DNA of 64,000 nt from Rhynchobatus australiae (lineage: Eukaryota), in assembly GCA_034780895.1 (NCBI GenBank), contig JAUZTB010000118.1:71080604-71144603 (forward strand), written 5' to 3'. The translations under genes were made by a program, and so were the position numbers. The number at the start of each line of letters is the position of its first letter. Position 1 is the stretch's first letter. Shown in pieces: positions 12,110-25,339 of the stretch. The notes under the pieces were generated by a model. It saw only the letters and a program-made list of their open reading frames with translations. It was not told the origin of the DNA and made no database searches.

Positions 12110-12680
12110 GCAATTATATAGATAGACCACCAGGCCTCTCAAGCCTGCCCTGGCATTCAATGTGATCATTGCTGATCTTTGCTAGCTTTAACTCTTCCTC
12201 TGTGCCAGTTCCCCATAACTCTCAATTCCTCAATATTTCAAATATTTATCCATCTCCACTTTATGTATATCTAATGGTCTGACCTGCACCCACCCTTGAG
12301 AGCCAAGAATTCCAGAGATTCACTACCCTCTGAGAGAAGGAATTCCTACACACCTCAGTTTTAAATGACCAGTCCTTTATTTTGCAGGTGTGTTCCCTTA
12401 TTTGTGACTCTCCCACCAGTGAAAACACTGGAACATCTACCCTGCCAAGTCCCCACATTCTTCTAAGCTCCAAGGAATACAGACCAAAACTGGTTCGCAT
12501 TTCTTGATAGGACAATCCTCTCATCCCAGAACCTGGTGAACCTCCTCTGAACTGCCTCCAATGCTACCATATCCATTTTTAAGGAGACTAAAACTGTGCA
12601 CAATATTTCAGGTATAGTCTCACCAAAACCCTGTACAACTGTAACAAAACCTCCCCATTATTTAAACTGCAATCTCCTCA
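12110..12680 (-). mobile_element. CR1 LINE 3' end
   Basis: ORF 12261-12524: MRGLSYQE..FGLYSLELRRM...FSQRVVNLWNS, the CR1 ORF2 C-terminus. Confidence 0.85.
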
Positions 12681-12739
12681 TCACAACATGCCCTTTGACT
12701 TACTTTCATATCATTGGCAAACTTGGAAACCTTACTTTG

Positions 12740-13260
12740 TTCTCTCCTCTCAGCATTCACCTTGTCAATGCCCCTCAATTTTTTTTAAATGTTTCAATAA
12801 GGTCACCTCTTATTCTTCTAAAATTCAATGAGTGTAGGCTCAACCTTTCTTCATATGTCAACCTCTTCAACCTGAAATCAATCTAGGGAACCCTCTCTGC
12901 ACTGTCTCCAATGCAAGTATATCATTCCCTAAATAAAGATATCAAAATAGTATGAAATACTTCAAATGTTGTCTCACCAATGCCCTGTGAAGTTATATCA
13001 AAATAGCCCAACTTTTATGTACAATACTCCTTGCAATAAGATCCAACATCCTATTACTTTTCCTAATTGCTTTCTGCAACTACATGCTAACTTTGTGAAG
13101 TATATGCATGAGAAGTTCAGATCCCTCTGTGCCACAACATTTTGAAGTTTCATGCCACTTAAGTAATAATTTGCTTTATTATTCTTTCTTCCAAAGTGAA
13201 AACCTCACATTTTCACACAGTATATTCCATTTGCCAACTTCTTGCCCACCAGGTTATCCC
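12740..13260 (-). mobile_element. CR1 LINE RT C-terminal fragment
   Basis: Reverse complement gives WQMEY...KCEV.HFG, LHSLNFRRIRGDLIETFK and related motifs. Confidence 0.75.
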
Positions 13261-14316
13261 AGCCATTTTCCCTTTGGTTCTGTGTCTTTCCCCACAAATT
13301 CCATCCCACCTTTCTCGTCTGAATAACCTAACTCACTTATGATGTCTTTTAGTTCACTTTTGTAAATGAATGACCAAAGTAATTGCAGAACAAAGTCAAA
13401 TTGTACACATGCCTGAAGTGTACATTAATTTGATCAAAAAATGTTTACAGGAGTAAAGATTGTGAAGACAAAAATGGGTTAGCACCTTGGGGAAATTACA
13501 ATGCATGATAGACCAGGGCTATTGCTTCCAAGGCAGACAGTGTACTTGCACCAGAGCTAAAACCACTTAATTTGTAGCACTATTCAGCAGGGTGCCAATA
13601 TCATGAGTCTATCATACCTGAAAACTGGCCTGTACTTCCTAATGTGAGCTGCACTGTGGCAGGAACAAATACTGTAAAGCATTCTATAACCCAGTTTACT
13701 TGAAGCATTGTAACATTAAATTACTTAGGGAGCTCAAGATTTCCTGACGTAGCACTGAAGTACTTGGTGAAGGAGTTAAGAGCGAAGACCAGCAAGACAG
13801 TCAAATCTTGCGATGGCAGTGGATACAGTGAGATGGAGCAGTCAGCACTATGAGTCAAGTATTGAATATTAGGATGCACTGCCCCAGGGCATCTTCAAAT
13901 GCCAAACCCCACCAAGTACATCAACATCGGGAAGTATTCAATGCACCATTCTCCCATCACACACCTGACAATCTCCACCCTTCAGGGCTCTTGCCCAACA
14001 TTCAGAAGTTCACCACCCTCTCAAACTTGGCACAGATGCAAGCCTAACACCCATATCCTTCACTTTCCACATACTGATTTCTGTGGCGATCAGATTCAGG
14101 TGGCACGACTTGGCATCGTGGCCCCAAGCACATAATGTAGCACTTACTAATACATTTTCTTCTCTCTTGGATGACATAGTGGCACATACCACACACACAT
14201 GACTGGTGGGGCCAAGCATGACTAAATTACTAAATCCCGGTGGAAGATATTATGCACATAGTCATTAGAGAGGATATTATGAATTCATGGCCAAAGGTGA
14301 TGCTGAAAACACACAG

Positions 14317-14497
14317 GACACAAGATACTCTCCAGATGCTGGAATCTGAAGCAAAACACATAAAATGCTGGAGGAACTCAGCAGGTTAGGCAGCATCTAT
14401 GGAGAGAAATAAACAGTTGACCAGTCCTGATGAAGGGTCTCAAACCGAAATGTCAATTGTTTGTTTCCCTCCATAGATGCTGCCTGACCTGCTGAGG
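14317..14497. mobile_element. Palindromic Penelope-type short element with a hammerhead-ribozyme-like core
   Basis: 45-nt inverted arms at 14377-14421 and 14452-14496 (4 mismatches) enclose CTGATGA (14427-14433), agggtctcaaacc and GAAA (14447-14450), followed by tgtc. Confidence 0.8.
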
Positions 14498-15804
14498 ATG
14501 ATGCTATGCTCAAATCTGATCTTCCTCCTTCTCCTCACATTTCACTTCCTTCTCAGCTCAAATGCTGAGTCTGTGTGGCAGCTAGAAGTTAATCGGAGGC
14601 AGGATCTCCACTGTAAGCCACTGTCATGACCGATGAGATGTCACTTCAACTGCTCCTGACCTCCCTTGTGGAGCAGTGGAGAGCAAACCATAAGTTATGA
14701 CAACAATTTCCAGCTGTTGCCTAGAAGGAACACATAACAAGCGAGTTGATGGTAATGGTGACCCTGAAACCCCAGGCCATGTACTCTTTATCCTGCACTG
14801 TTCAAGGTGAGGCAGATACGATGTGCTTATTAACTGCAAGAGTTTTACATACTGTTACTGACTGGGGTTTAGGCTGGAAAATTCCCTGGAAGACACAAAG
14901 TCCCTGGATGGAAATGAACCCCTCTCCTCTTCCTCTCATCCTCCCTCTTCTGACTCTCCATTCTGCTCCTTTATCTAGAGATATTGCACTCCAAGGATTA
15001 TGCCTACTTATGCCCCATTACTGGAAGCAATTAGTTGATCCAGACGTCTTAATCAGGAAAAAGAACTTCAAGAACAGACATGCCATTTCTTATAAACAGT
15101 AGCATCTTTAAAGAACTCTAGAAGGCACTAAGTACTGTACTTACAGAGCCATAGTTAAAGTAGTAAATAAAACAAGCAATGACATGGAAAGTGGTTGATG
15201 ATCCTTTTAAATACAGTGTGAGAAAAGTCACACCTACCTTTCAATGATTGTTCAACCACACAAGGTTGAGAGAGCATAAAATATTTTTTATTATCTGGCT
15301 CCATAGACTTCGCTGTATCCAGTGCCATCAGCAATTCCTAGATATCTCATGGAGTGAATCAAATTGGCTGAAGATTTTTTAACGTTGTGGTGGTAGGATC
15401 TCAGAAAGAAACAGAGATGGCTCACATCCTTAGCAAAAAGGCATCTGGAGCTACACTTACCTCAAGCACTGGACATTGCTACAGAACCACAGTGGTACCT
15501 GTAATGCCCCCAAGCCCTATGCCAGAGTCACGATTTGTGGGCTCACATCCTTGTGCTATTACTTATACCTTTCTCTTTCTCTTCCCTCACCTGTTCCCCA
15601 CTCTGTATTCCTTTGATTGTGACTTTACCACCTTCTTTCCTGCTCGGTAGGTGATACAGCAGGAAAAGGAGTCCTTACATATCATAGGTGCCATGTTTTG
15701 GGGCAATGGAGACTGATGGCTCTCAGTTGTTCAGTTTCCACTCCCTCCATAAAACTTGCGCGATTCCACACCCCAGCATAACTTTACCTCATTTTCTTTT
15801 GTCA

Positions 15805-16045
15805 GTTATGTTTCAGCTGCTAATGTTCTTATCTCTGAGTCAGAATCTTCACGGTCCATGTCCCAACCTAGGAACTCGACGCATCCAGTACTATTCTGAG
15901 GGAGTGCTGCACCTTCGGAAGTGCAGTCTGTCAGATGAGACATTAAACCAAACCCCCATTTGCTCCTTCAGCTGGTCATAAAGATATCATTACACCACTT
16001 CAAATACAAGTGGAATTGTGTTGAGTGCAAATTGGCTGCTATTTA
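15805..16045 (+). mobile_element. Deu-domain SINE (SacSINE1/AmnSINE1-like)
   Basis: gagggagtgctgcaccttcggaagtgcagtctgtcagatgagacattaaacc matches the recalled Deu-SINE core. A decayed tRNA-like head (ctctgagtcagaa) lies upstream and gtgcaaattggctgc downstream. Confidence 0.7.
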
Positions 16046-17701
16046 AATAAAANNNNNNNNNNNNNNNNNNNNNNNNNNNNNNNNNNNNNNNNNNNNNNNN
16101 NNNNNNNNNNNNNNNNNNNNNNNNNNNNNNNNNNNNNNNNNNNNNNNNNNNNNNNNNNNNNNNNNNNNNNNNNNNNNNNNNNNNNNNNNNNNNNNNNNNN
16201 NNNNNNNNNNNNNNNNNNNNNNNNNNNNNNNNNNNNNNNNNNNNNNNNNNNNNNNNNNNNNNNNNNNNNNNNNNNNNNNNNNNNNNNNNNNNNNNNNNNN
16301 NNNNNNNNNNNNNNNNNNNNNNNNNNNNNNNNNNNNNNNNNNNNNNNNNNNNNNNNNNNNNNNNNNNNNNNNNNNNNNNNNNNNNNNNNNNNNNNNNNNN
16401 NNNNNNNNNNNNNNNNNNNNNNNNNNNNNNNNNNNNNNNNNNNNNNNNNNNNNNNNNNNNNNNNNNNNNNNNNNTTATTGAAAATATTCAAGGAGCAGAC
16501 TGACATACACTTGAACTGCAAGGAAGTCAAAGGGTATGGGGGGGGGGGGGAAGGTTAGTGGGAACACCGGAAGGTGGTGATGGTGCCAAGAATGGAGCAA
16601 TGATCAGGCATCCACTAGACTCCCATGAGGCATGCAAATTTAGTGGCATGTAGAATCTCCTCAATGCACCAATGATGTAAGATGTCACTTTGGACCATCA
16701 TTCTTAATGATGGAGGCATAAAAACTACTTTTACTGTTGTCCTATGATATAAATGATTTCATATGCAGTTTTCTCAGACTACATTGCTTGTTCTTTGACA
16801 GTTCTGTCCACCTTTGTCTTGTTCATATTTCAGCTGTGACTTGTATTTTTAATGAAACATTGAAATTACCTAAACAAATCTTGAAATTGGTCTCTTGATA
16901 AACACATCATTTACAAAACTTTATGTGCAAATTTTGATGTTTGTAATTTTCATTAATTGTCAGTTTGTTTGCCATAGACTTGCATAGTCACTGACCTTGC
17001 AGTTTGCTTGTTGGTATAGTGATACTAAAAGGCGCTTACATAATTATGTAACAAGATGCACAAAAAAAAGTAAACATGATAAACTAAATTCTAGTTGATT
17101 TGATTATTTTTTGAAAAGTGAACCAATTAGGAAGTTTGAAAATAGAGAAAGAGAAAGTATGTCATAATAGACACAAAACTGTCCTAAAATAATGTTTCTA
17201 ATTATGCAAGGGAAATGTTACAACTAGTAAAGCAGTTAAAAGGAGGTGCAGATAAAACTCTTTGCATTTCCTTACAATGAAGGACTCAACAAAATCTTAA
17301 GAAGTTTTCCATGTCTGGAGAGATCATCAAACAGCTAGCAGCATGAAAAATGAGATACTGCCACATTTACAGAATGATTTGCATACTTTTAATCTGAAAT
17401 TAGTTTTAAATAATTGATGCAAGGATACTGACCACAACAAAAAGATGGAGNNNNNNNNNNNNNNNNNNNNNNNNNNNNNNNNNNNNNNNNNNNNNNNNNN
17501 NNNNNNNNNNNNNNNNNNNNNNNNNNNNNNNNNNNNNNNNNNNNNNNNNNNNNNNNNNNNNNNNNNNNNNNNNNNNNNNNNNNNNNNNNNNNNNNNNNNN
17601 NNNNNNNNNNNNNNNNNNNNNNNNNNNNNNNNNNNNNNNNNNNNNNNNNNNNNNNNNNNNNNNNNNNNNNNNNNNNNNNNNNNNNNNNNNNNNNNNNNNN
17701 N

Positions 17702-17810
17702 CATGTTGGCCAAGGTACCTTCCTGAGCAAGTCCTAATTACCTGCATTTGACCCATATCCCTCTAAACCTTTCCTATTAATGAACCTGTCCAGTTGCTTT
17801 TTAATTTTTA
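17702..17810 (-). mobile_element. CR1 3' tail next to an assembly gap
   Basis: Minus strand: KKQLDRFINRKGLEGYGSNAG. Confidence 0.75.
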
Positions 17811-20800
17811 AATTGGACTGGTGTTTAAAAAAATAAAATTGTTCCAGATTATAAACGAGATTGACAAAGCTCATGAAAAAATTCGACCTTTCACTACAGG
17901 GCACGACAACCTCAATCTCCAGTCCCTTGCCCTGACCCATCAACTCCCCACACTCTAAGGTCCTCAGCAGCCAATCATAACACAATCCCCACAAATACTG
18001 ACTGTACCAGATCCCACAAGTTGTCAATATCCCCAGTTGCTGCCCTGTCCCTCACCACCCCATGTCACTGGAACCGGCACGATCTCTGGCATTGCCACCT
18101 TCAGTTTCATGTGCTGTTGAATATTGTAGTGACAGATCCTTAAACAAAATCTTCACTGGCCTTCTTAATGGGAAGACTGAATAGTCAATATTTTTATTTT
18201 GGGAAAAGGGGCTGAAAGAGAGCAGTGAGTGAGTTTCAGATATGATCAAAGTACAATGTCACTTTTAGATCTAATGGCTTTATACCATTGGTGTTTTTGG
18301 TCCACATTAGCCCTCACTTTCTATGGTGTCATCCCTTCTCAATTTCTTAAGCACACGAGCCTAACCACATAAGTCTGCACATACCCCCTAAATTTCCAAG
18401 TCTCTAAGATTTCTGAATGTACTTGCAGCAAATTCTTCATTTCATCACTACTGTTACATGTGTCGCCTTCTCCCAATGTTCAAACACCTTCCCTTGTTTG
18501 AAATAGAACTCCCAGTACAGCCGAATTAAAATTAATTAAATTAGATGTAAATTTCTGTTTTCTGGAGTACCTTCCAGTACCTTATGACACCAAAATCTTC
18601 GAATAGGTGATCAAAACTTAAAGAAAGGTGCTTCTTTTGCTGATTAAGGAGGGTATCTGCATGAAAATCTCTTAGAATGGAAGCACGATTGCAACTTGGA
18701 TGCAAGGTTCTCCTATTTGTTCACCCACCACACAATGCTCTGCANNNNNNNNNNNNNNNNNNNNNNCCTTCAGAGTCCCATCTATTTTGCTAGGATCTTC
18801 AATGCTTCCACTGCCCTCCCTCCCCAATAAACTATCTGCTATAACCCTTTCTACTTCCTCTAGATCACCTTTTATTTCCATTAGCAGTCCTTTTACCTTA
18901 CATCATCACATTTTCCATTTCATAATTGCTGCCTTCCCTTTGCTTCTTCCTCTGTCCAGCCCCACCCAAACAATTCCCTTATTCCTGGCTTTAAAAACTG
19001 GTAATTAATAATATTTTTAATGTAATGACAAAATGATTGATTTGAAACATTGATCATTTCTTACATCACAGATGTTGCGTGGTCTGCTAAGCATTTTACA
19101 GCATTTTCAGGCGTCTCACATTGCTTCTGCTTATTCTGGATGGAGTCAGAGCAACACAGTAAACAGCAGCACTGATCTGTAATCTCAAGGTTTTGCACAC
19201 CCAGCAAGAACTTTCCTAAATTTTCCTCCACCTTCAGTCTCACACCAATTTTAATTTAAAGTTGATAACATAAGGAGATAAACATGTGAAAAATGATTGT
19301 GATAAAGGGGGCCAGTCTGAATGACCGGAGCATGTAGGGAGTGTGTAGATTTCACAAGGTTTGCCTGCCATTGAAAACCGGTCCAATTCTCTCTTTTCTT
19401 GTCAGCCTTGGCCACAAGTATTAAGTCTGGGTGGTTTTATTAATATACCAATTCAGAAATGGTAAACAGCTGTGGATTAATTCTTGACAAGCTTAAATTG
19501 GGTGTATTAAGTATGGATTTAATTTGCCATCATGTAAAAATACTGGCACAGCTGTGGAGAAGTGTGGGACCATACGATTCAACTTTCTCAGTTAGAGAGT
19601 AACATAGGAATGGAATCAAATAAAATACAGATGAAATGAAAATATCAACTAAATAAAATCAGAAATAATGTGTTCAACATTCAGTATTATGCAAAATGAG
19701 CAAAGAGATACCTCCTGAAAAATAATTGTATTAGCTTGATGCATCTGAAATATTCAGTAATCTTAGCCAAGAATAATAGTTGTTCTTGGAACATATTTGT
19801 TGCAAATTACTAAAATTACTGAACCTCTTGTGGATTGCTTTACATAATTACACATTAGATCTGTTGGATCTGATTTAACGCAAGCAAATTCTGTCAAAAG
19901 AAACAAATTTGACACACATTGGAATAGCTTATTTTGCAATGAGACACATTTTGAAATGTCTTAGTTTAGGTGCATTCCCTTGAAAGATAAAATTTGCTTG
20001 GGAAGATAACAATATAGATTTCCAAAATAGAAGAAAATGATTTAGAATCGTAGTTCTACAATAACAGATATGAATGGGAATGAGGAATCTCTCCAACAAT
20101 TTTGCTTTATATGTATCAAAAAATGGATTACAGTCAATACAGCACAGGTAAAGCAAACCATCTAACTCATAAATCTGTGAATTCAGCAATGTGTTATATA
20201 TAAAATGATTGCTGAGCTGGGGGTTCAGAGGCTATTTTTCAAAACTATGTCACCTTCAAAAAAAAATATATGGTTTTACCACCATGCATGACAGGTAAAG
20301 AAAGATGTGTCTGGAGATGAAAGAACTGAAGTAGTTCCTACCACCTGCACTTCTGAATTCAAATTAAAAAACACTATGACAATTGAGTGGAGAGTTTTGC
20401 CACTGGAGGGAAAATTGCTGGGGTTCACTTAGGCCATTACCAAAAGCCAGAAGACACAATGGGATCTGAAACCAGCAGATAGAAACAATGATGGATTTAA
20501 GTTATTAGCACAAAGGAAAATGATGGATGGTATTCTGCTTTTCTTAATCTACATCATCATCTAGATCTACCTAAAGATACTTTTGGTACTAATAAACTTA
20601 GTTAATGCCCAGATAAGATCAGAGTAATCCGACTGTAGGCTGCATCCATATCGATCAATAAAATCACTTGTACCACGGAAAGCACAGTTACTTGCTGACA
20701 GTACCAGTCATTAATATTGTTTAACAGCACTAAGTCGACAATCAGAGGAAGAGCAATTTTAAGCACTTTTCGCCTTTCAACACTTTTGTCTTTGTAATAG

Positions 20801-21861
20801 GTTTGTAAATACTATGGTAATGACTTCAATTTACAATGATTACTGTTGAATTAGAGGTAATTACTATCTACAAAGTATTTTTGAGTGTTAAAAATGTGGT
20901 TTTAGACATTGCTTTAAATTGAAACAACTTTAGTTGGATTCAAGAACTTAGTAAATCAAACTTCCAGAAATATTTAATCACACCATTTATTTTCATGCAT
21001 TGTTTTTGCGATTTCTTGATGAAAATACATAATCAATTAAAAAGTTTTATTTAAAATACTAAAAACATTGTTTGCAGTCATGCTATTTCTTCTTCAAATT
21101 GCTACAGAAAAGAACAGTAATCAAGTCTTTGATCTTCTGAATATATAAGTATACACCTGCCAGTTCTCAGAATTATGTGATCAAAACAGTTACTAGCAAG
21201 GATTCAGGAGTGTTATTTAATGTCTTTTCTCATTCCTATATTCCCACCACAAAAAAAACATATTGGACCAAAATGTTCTGGTTCTGGCTTGCGGTTCCAA
21301 AGGGAACTGCCAGCATACGGCCATTCACACTGAATTACATCCCAGACTTATGTCGACCAGTGTAAGTCCAGGACTTATTGAGTGGCAGATGCTACCACAC
21401 CTCTCATTTCCCTCCTTTATTTGCCTCTCCGGAATTCCCTAACATTACTCAGATCCTGCATTAGGTTACACCTGGCAAAGGATTGGTGGCCTCTTTCATT
21501 TAAATGGGGATTCTTGCTGATTTTGTTTAAAACAAGGCTATGTTCTAAGGCACTTTATTTAAAAAATAATTTAAAACTTGCAAAAACTTAATTGTACTCA
21601 TAGGCTTGACGAAAGGTAAAACTTTGCCTGTAAGTTTGCCTCTGCCCAATTGCTGCCATATCACACTCTCGTTTGATGAAAGCACATTTCAATCGAAGCC
21701 TTATGCCATTAAAGTACCTTTTACATAATCAGCAAATTATATATTTTAAATGAACCAAACTNNNNNNNNNNNNNNNNNNNNNNNNNNNNNNNNNNNNNNN
21801 NNNNNNNNNNNNNNNNNNNNNNNNNNNNNNNNNNNNNNNNNNNNNNNNNNNNNNNNNNNNN

Positions 21862-22003
21862 AATTGCATTTGGACAGGTACTTGGATCGGAAAGTCAGAG
21901 GGAGATGGGGGCCCAGTGCAAACAAATGAGATTAGTGTAGATAGACGTCACAGTTGGCATGAACAAGATGGGCCAAAAGAGCCTGTTTCTGTGCTGTATG
22001 ACT
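21862..22003 (+). mobile_element. CR1 3' end next to an assembly gap
   Basis: catttggacaggtacttggat...gatgggccaaaagagcctgtttctgtgctgtatgact. Confidence 0.8.
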
Positions 22004-23009
22004 AAATACAGCTAAATATATGTGCTAAATACAAATGTGTCAAGTTGTTGAAGAACACTGCATTTTTCAATGTACTTTCTGTTGGACAGGCCCAGGTCAG
22101 TTCAACAGTTTTATAGCCCTGATACTTCGACTTGGTGTGCAGCCTTTTATAGGATTATGGAATCACTCCTACCTATGAAGCCAATCAATGAAGCAAATTA
22201 ACTTTTGGAAACTTGACGGATCACTTCTGATTATCATTCAGATTTTCAGAGCTTCCACATGTCTTTATAGGAGTGGAATGTTTATTTTTAACGGAAAGGT
22301 CACCTGTCTGTTTCAGTTTACAAAATCTGGCCAAGAAGTGTTCAGTCATGGGTCATTTTGAATAGTTTTATTTCTTCTAAGGGAATTTACTCTGCAATGT
22401 CAGATTACACCGATTGCTACAGAGCTGAATTTTTGCAAAGGAGTAAAGGCAAAATCAAAATGTACTAAAAATAGAAAACAAAAATAAAAGATTGGTCATT
22501 ACATTTTTATGTTAAAAGCTAGGCTAGTGTTATCTTTTCAGGTGTGAACACTAGAGTTTGCCATGTGACTGAGGTACTTTTAACTAGGTCTCTGCTGTGA
22601 AATTTGTTACGTCTAAAAAATCTCTCCAATTTGTTGTTTAAAATGCATTTTTTGACTCTGCTATTGATCATGTGTCTTGTTATCTCCTGTGACTCGATGT
22701 TAATTTTCTTTTGCTAAGGACTTTAGTACATAAAATGCAAGTTGTTGCTACGTCTCCCACCCTTTGTACCAGAAATAGTTCCTTAAAAGACCTCTTTTAA
22801 AAGATCTCTTCTGCAATATAGCAGAAGTGGATAAAAGCAAAATGACTAATATAAACAGTTACACAGGACCTTCAAAAAAAAGAGGTGAGAATAGCATTTC
22901 TATAGGATATTGCCATGGGATAATTATGGAAAATATTGCCAGTAAGAAGGTAAATCTCTCTCAGTATTTTATGTTGGTACAGCAGCAGTGCCATACAGGG
23001 TTTCATTCA

Positions 23010-23365
23010 GGGTTTGGTAGCAGAGTGGTTGTTACTTGACCAGTGTCCTGAGGCTGGAATCATCAATCTGGAGAACAGTTTGAATCCCATTATTACAACT
23101 GGGAAACTGAAATTCACATAATGAATCTGGAAAGAAAGCACTGCTGTCAGTAATAATCACCACCGGAAACTACCTGATTATCATAGAAAATCAACTGATT
23201 CACCGATATCATTACTTCGGGGAAGGTCTCCTATTCATAGCTGGTATGACCCTCACGTGATATCAGAAACACCAATGTGGTTGACTGTCCATTACCTCTT
23301 CAAGTCAGGGATAATTAATGATGGACAATGAATGCTGATGTTGTCAGTAATGTACACATTTTGCG
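23010..23365 (+). mobile_element. Old tRNA-derived SINE of a type common in chondrichthyans
   Basis: Head ggtagcagagtggtt, B-box-like gtttgaatccc, body caatgtggttgact, tail gatggacaatgaatgctgatgttgtcagtaatg. Recognised from memory only. Confidence 0.5.
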
Positions 23366-23843
23366 AACAAATTTTTTAAAAATAGGTTAACTTTTTACTC
23401 AATTCCTAATTCTTTTATAGTTCCCAGTTAAAGCTTTTAGTCAATTATTTTACAATTCAGCTTCATCACAGTAGTCAGTTTATTAGTATAAAATAAATAT
23501 AGGTCATCCAGGAGATATTTTATCATCTTGGGCATTATTAAAGAAGCAGGAGCTGCCATTCTCTTTTGCAGTGCAAGTCATCCAGAATTTTTCTTGGATG
23601 ACTTCATTATTTAGCCAGCCAAAGATCTGCATATGAGACAAACTATACTTTTTTTTAGATAAATCATGATAACACCAACCATGGACAATTAAATAGTGAA
23701 ACATTTTTATGGCAACATACTAACTTGAATAACAGTATGAAACAATATAGAGTCCATTAATAAAAAGAGAGCTTTATATTCACCAGTGTACTTCTGACTG
23801 TTCTCAGATGGGACTACCATTCTGATCATAGGTACCTTACATC

Positions 23844-23898
<55 letters not shown>
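23844..23898. repeat. (TG)n(TA)n compound microsatellite
   Basis: Directly visible, running into an N gap. Confidence 0.95.
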
Positions 23899-23900
<2 letters not shown>

Positions 23901-24000
23901 NNNNNNNNNNNNNNNNNNNNNNNNNNNNNNNNNNNNNNNNNNNNNNNNNNNNNNNNNNNNNNNNNNNNNNNNNNNNNNNNNNNNNNNNNNNNNNNNNNNN

Positions 24001-24158
24001 TACGTCTTTAGAATGTGGGAGGAAACCGGAGCACCCGGAGGAAACCCATGCAGACACGGGAGAATGTACAAACTCCTCACAGACAGCGACGGGAAATGAA
24101 CCCCGATCACTGGTGTTGTAATAGCGTTGCGCTAACTGTTATGCTACCATGCCGCCCC
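24001..24158 (-). mobile_element. HE1-like V-SINE, 5' half (rest in gap)
   Basis: Reverse complement gives the ggggcggcatggtagcataacagttagcg A-box, the ggggttcatttcc B-box and the V-domain gggtttcctccgggtgctccggtttcctcccacattc. Confidence 0.9.
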
Positions 24159-24752
24159 TAATAAATAAATCATTTACTTTTTAAAATAAAAATGACAAAA
24201 CTAACAAGATCAAGGTTTTATCTGCCTTTCATACTTGCAAAGAACTGCCATAACTGATCACCAGTGAGGAGTCCCAAAAATAATTCTGTACAAGAGCAAA
24301 AGCATTGTGTAATAATAGCAATTTGGCAATAAGCTTTAACAGATCAGAAAGGAATACTTTTTTCTATAACAGTGTACATTGTAAGTCTAAGTGGACCCAC
24401 ACTCTCTTACTGCTATGACAGTGACAGAAATGGGCCATTATCTTTGTGTAGTCTGTATGTCAGAATTCTTGGCATCAACACTCTGCGATGTGAAGTGCCC
24501 TGTGATCTGATAGATCGATATTTCATAGCAGAATTCAAAAGGTGTGTGACAGTATGACAGAATAAAGCTGAAATATGTATTGAGGGTTGAAACCTATGAT
24601 GTATTTAACAGGCTAAATATCGTTGAGGGCAACTCAGCGTAAAAGCTCATTTACACACGCTAGAAAGGAACTCCCATTGCAGAACACATTTACGCAACCT
24701 TGATTTATAAGGCAAGATGCTTCCTCAAAACAAAAACATTTTGTAAGTTTAC

Positions 24753-24857
24753 CTGGAGGTAGGCTTCCAAACCATGACGTCGCTGTTCTAACACTTTAGG
24801 TACCCAGTTCCTCACGTGCTTTGAAGGCATTTCAGGCGCTTTGATGCTTTTCTTCAG
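24753..24857 (-). CDS. SNX24: Sorting nexin 24, internal coding exon (exon 3 equivalent), PX domain
   Basis: The minus strand reads ttcttctgaaaag|CTG AAG AAA ... CTC CAG|gtaaac. The 105 nt encode LKKSIKAPEMPSKHVRNWVPKVLEQRRHGLEAYLQ, in frame with the previous exon. PSKHVRNWVPKVLEQRR fits SNX24 rather than the paralog SNX22. Confidence 0.95.
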
Positions 24858-25339
24858 CTTTTCAGAAGAAATTGAGTCATAATTAACAAAAATCAAAGCC
24901 AATTTGATACTTGTCAACACACTAGTCTAATATACTTCTTCCTATTCAGTTAATAGGTTTTGCAGAATACGTAAGCATATTACCTAATAGAGGATTTTTT
25001 TTTTCCCCACAGCACAAATAGGAAGTTAAATATAGGTGGATTTTTCTAGATCAGCTGCAATTGCAGAAAATGAGTTGTTCACTTTGACCAATTTCCGGTC
25101 AGCTTTCAGTCATCTGCCATTTTAGGACATGTCATGCTTAAATTCAAACCAGTTTGATGATTTTAAAAAGGTATTTCAAAAGCAGACAGAAGTTAAGCCA
25201 GAAACAAAGCAACAATGGTACTGATGATTTAAATTAATCTTCAAAGTGCCTTGGCAAAGTTACCACAAAAAAGCTTGACATAAAGAACAAATAAAATAAG
25301 GGGAATTTATGATAACAGCAAAGATATAGTTGTAACACT

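Noticed and set aside
14560-14850. Possible additional Myb/SANT exon on the plus strand ending at ag|gtgag
   Set aside because: I could not recover the diagnostic W..VA or QC.K motifs.
24705-24920. ORFs 24705-24920 and 26832-27020 as complete small proteins
   Set aside because: Only the splice-site-bounded cores match SNX24. The extensions are intronic read-through.
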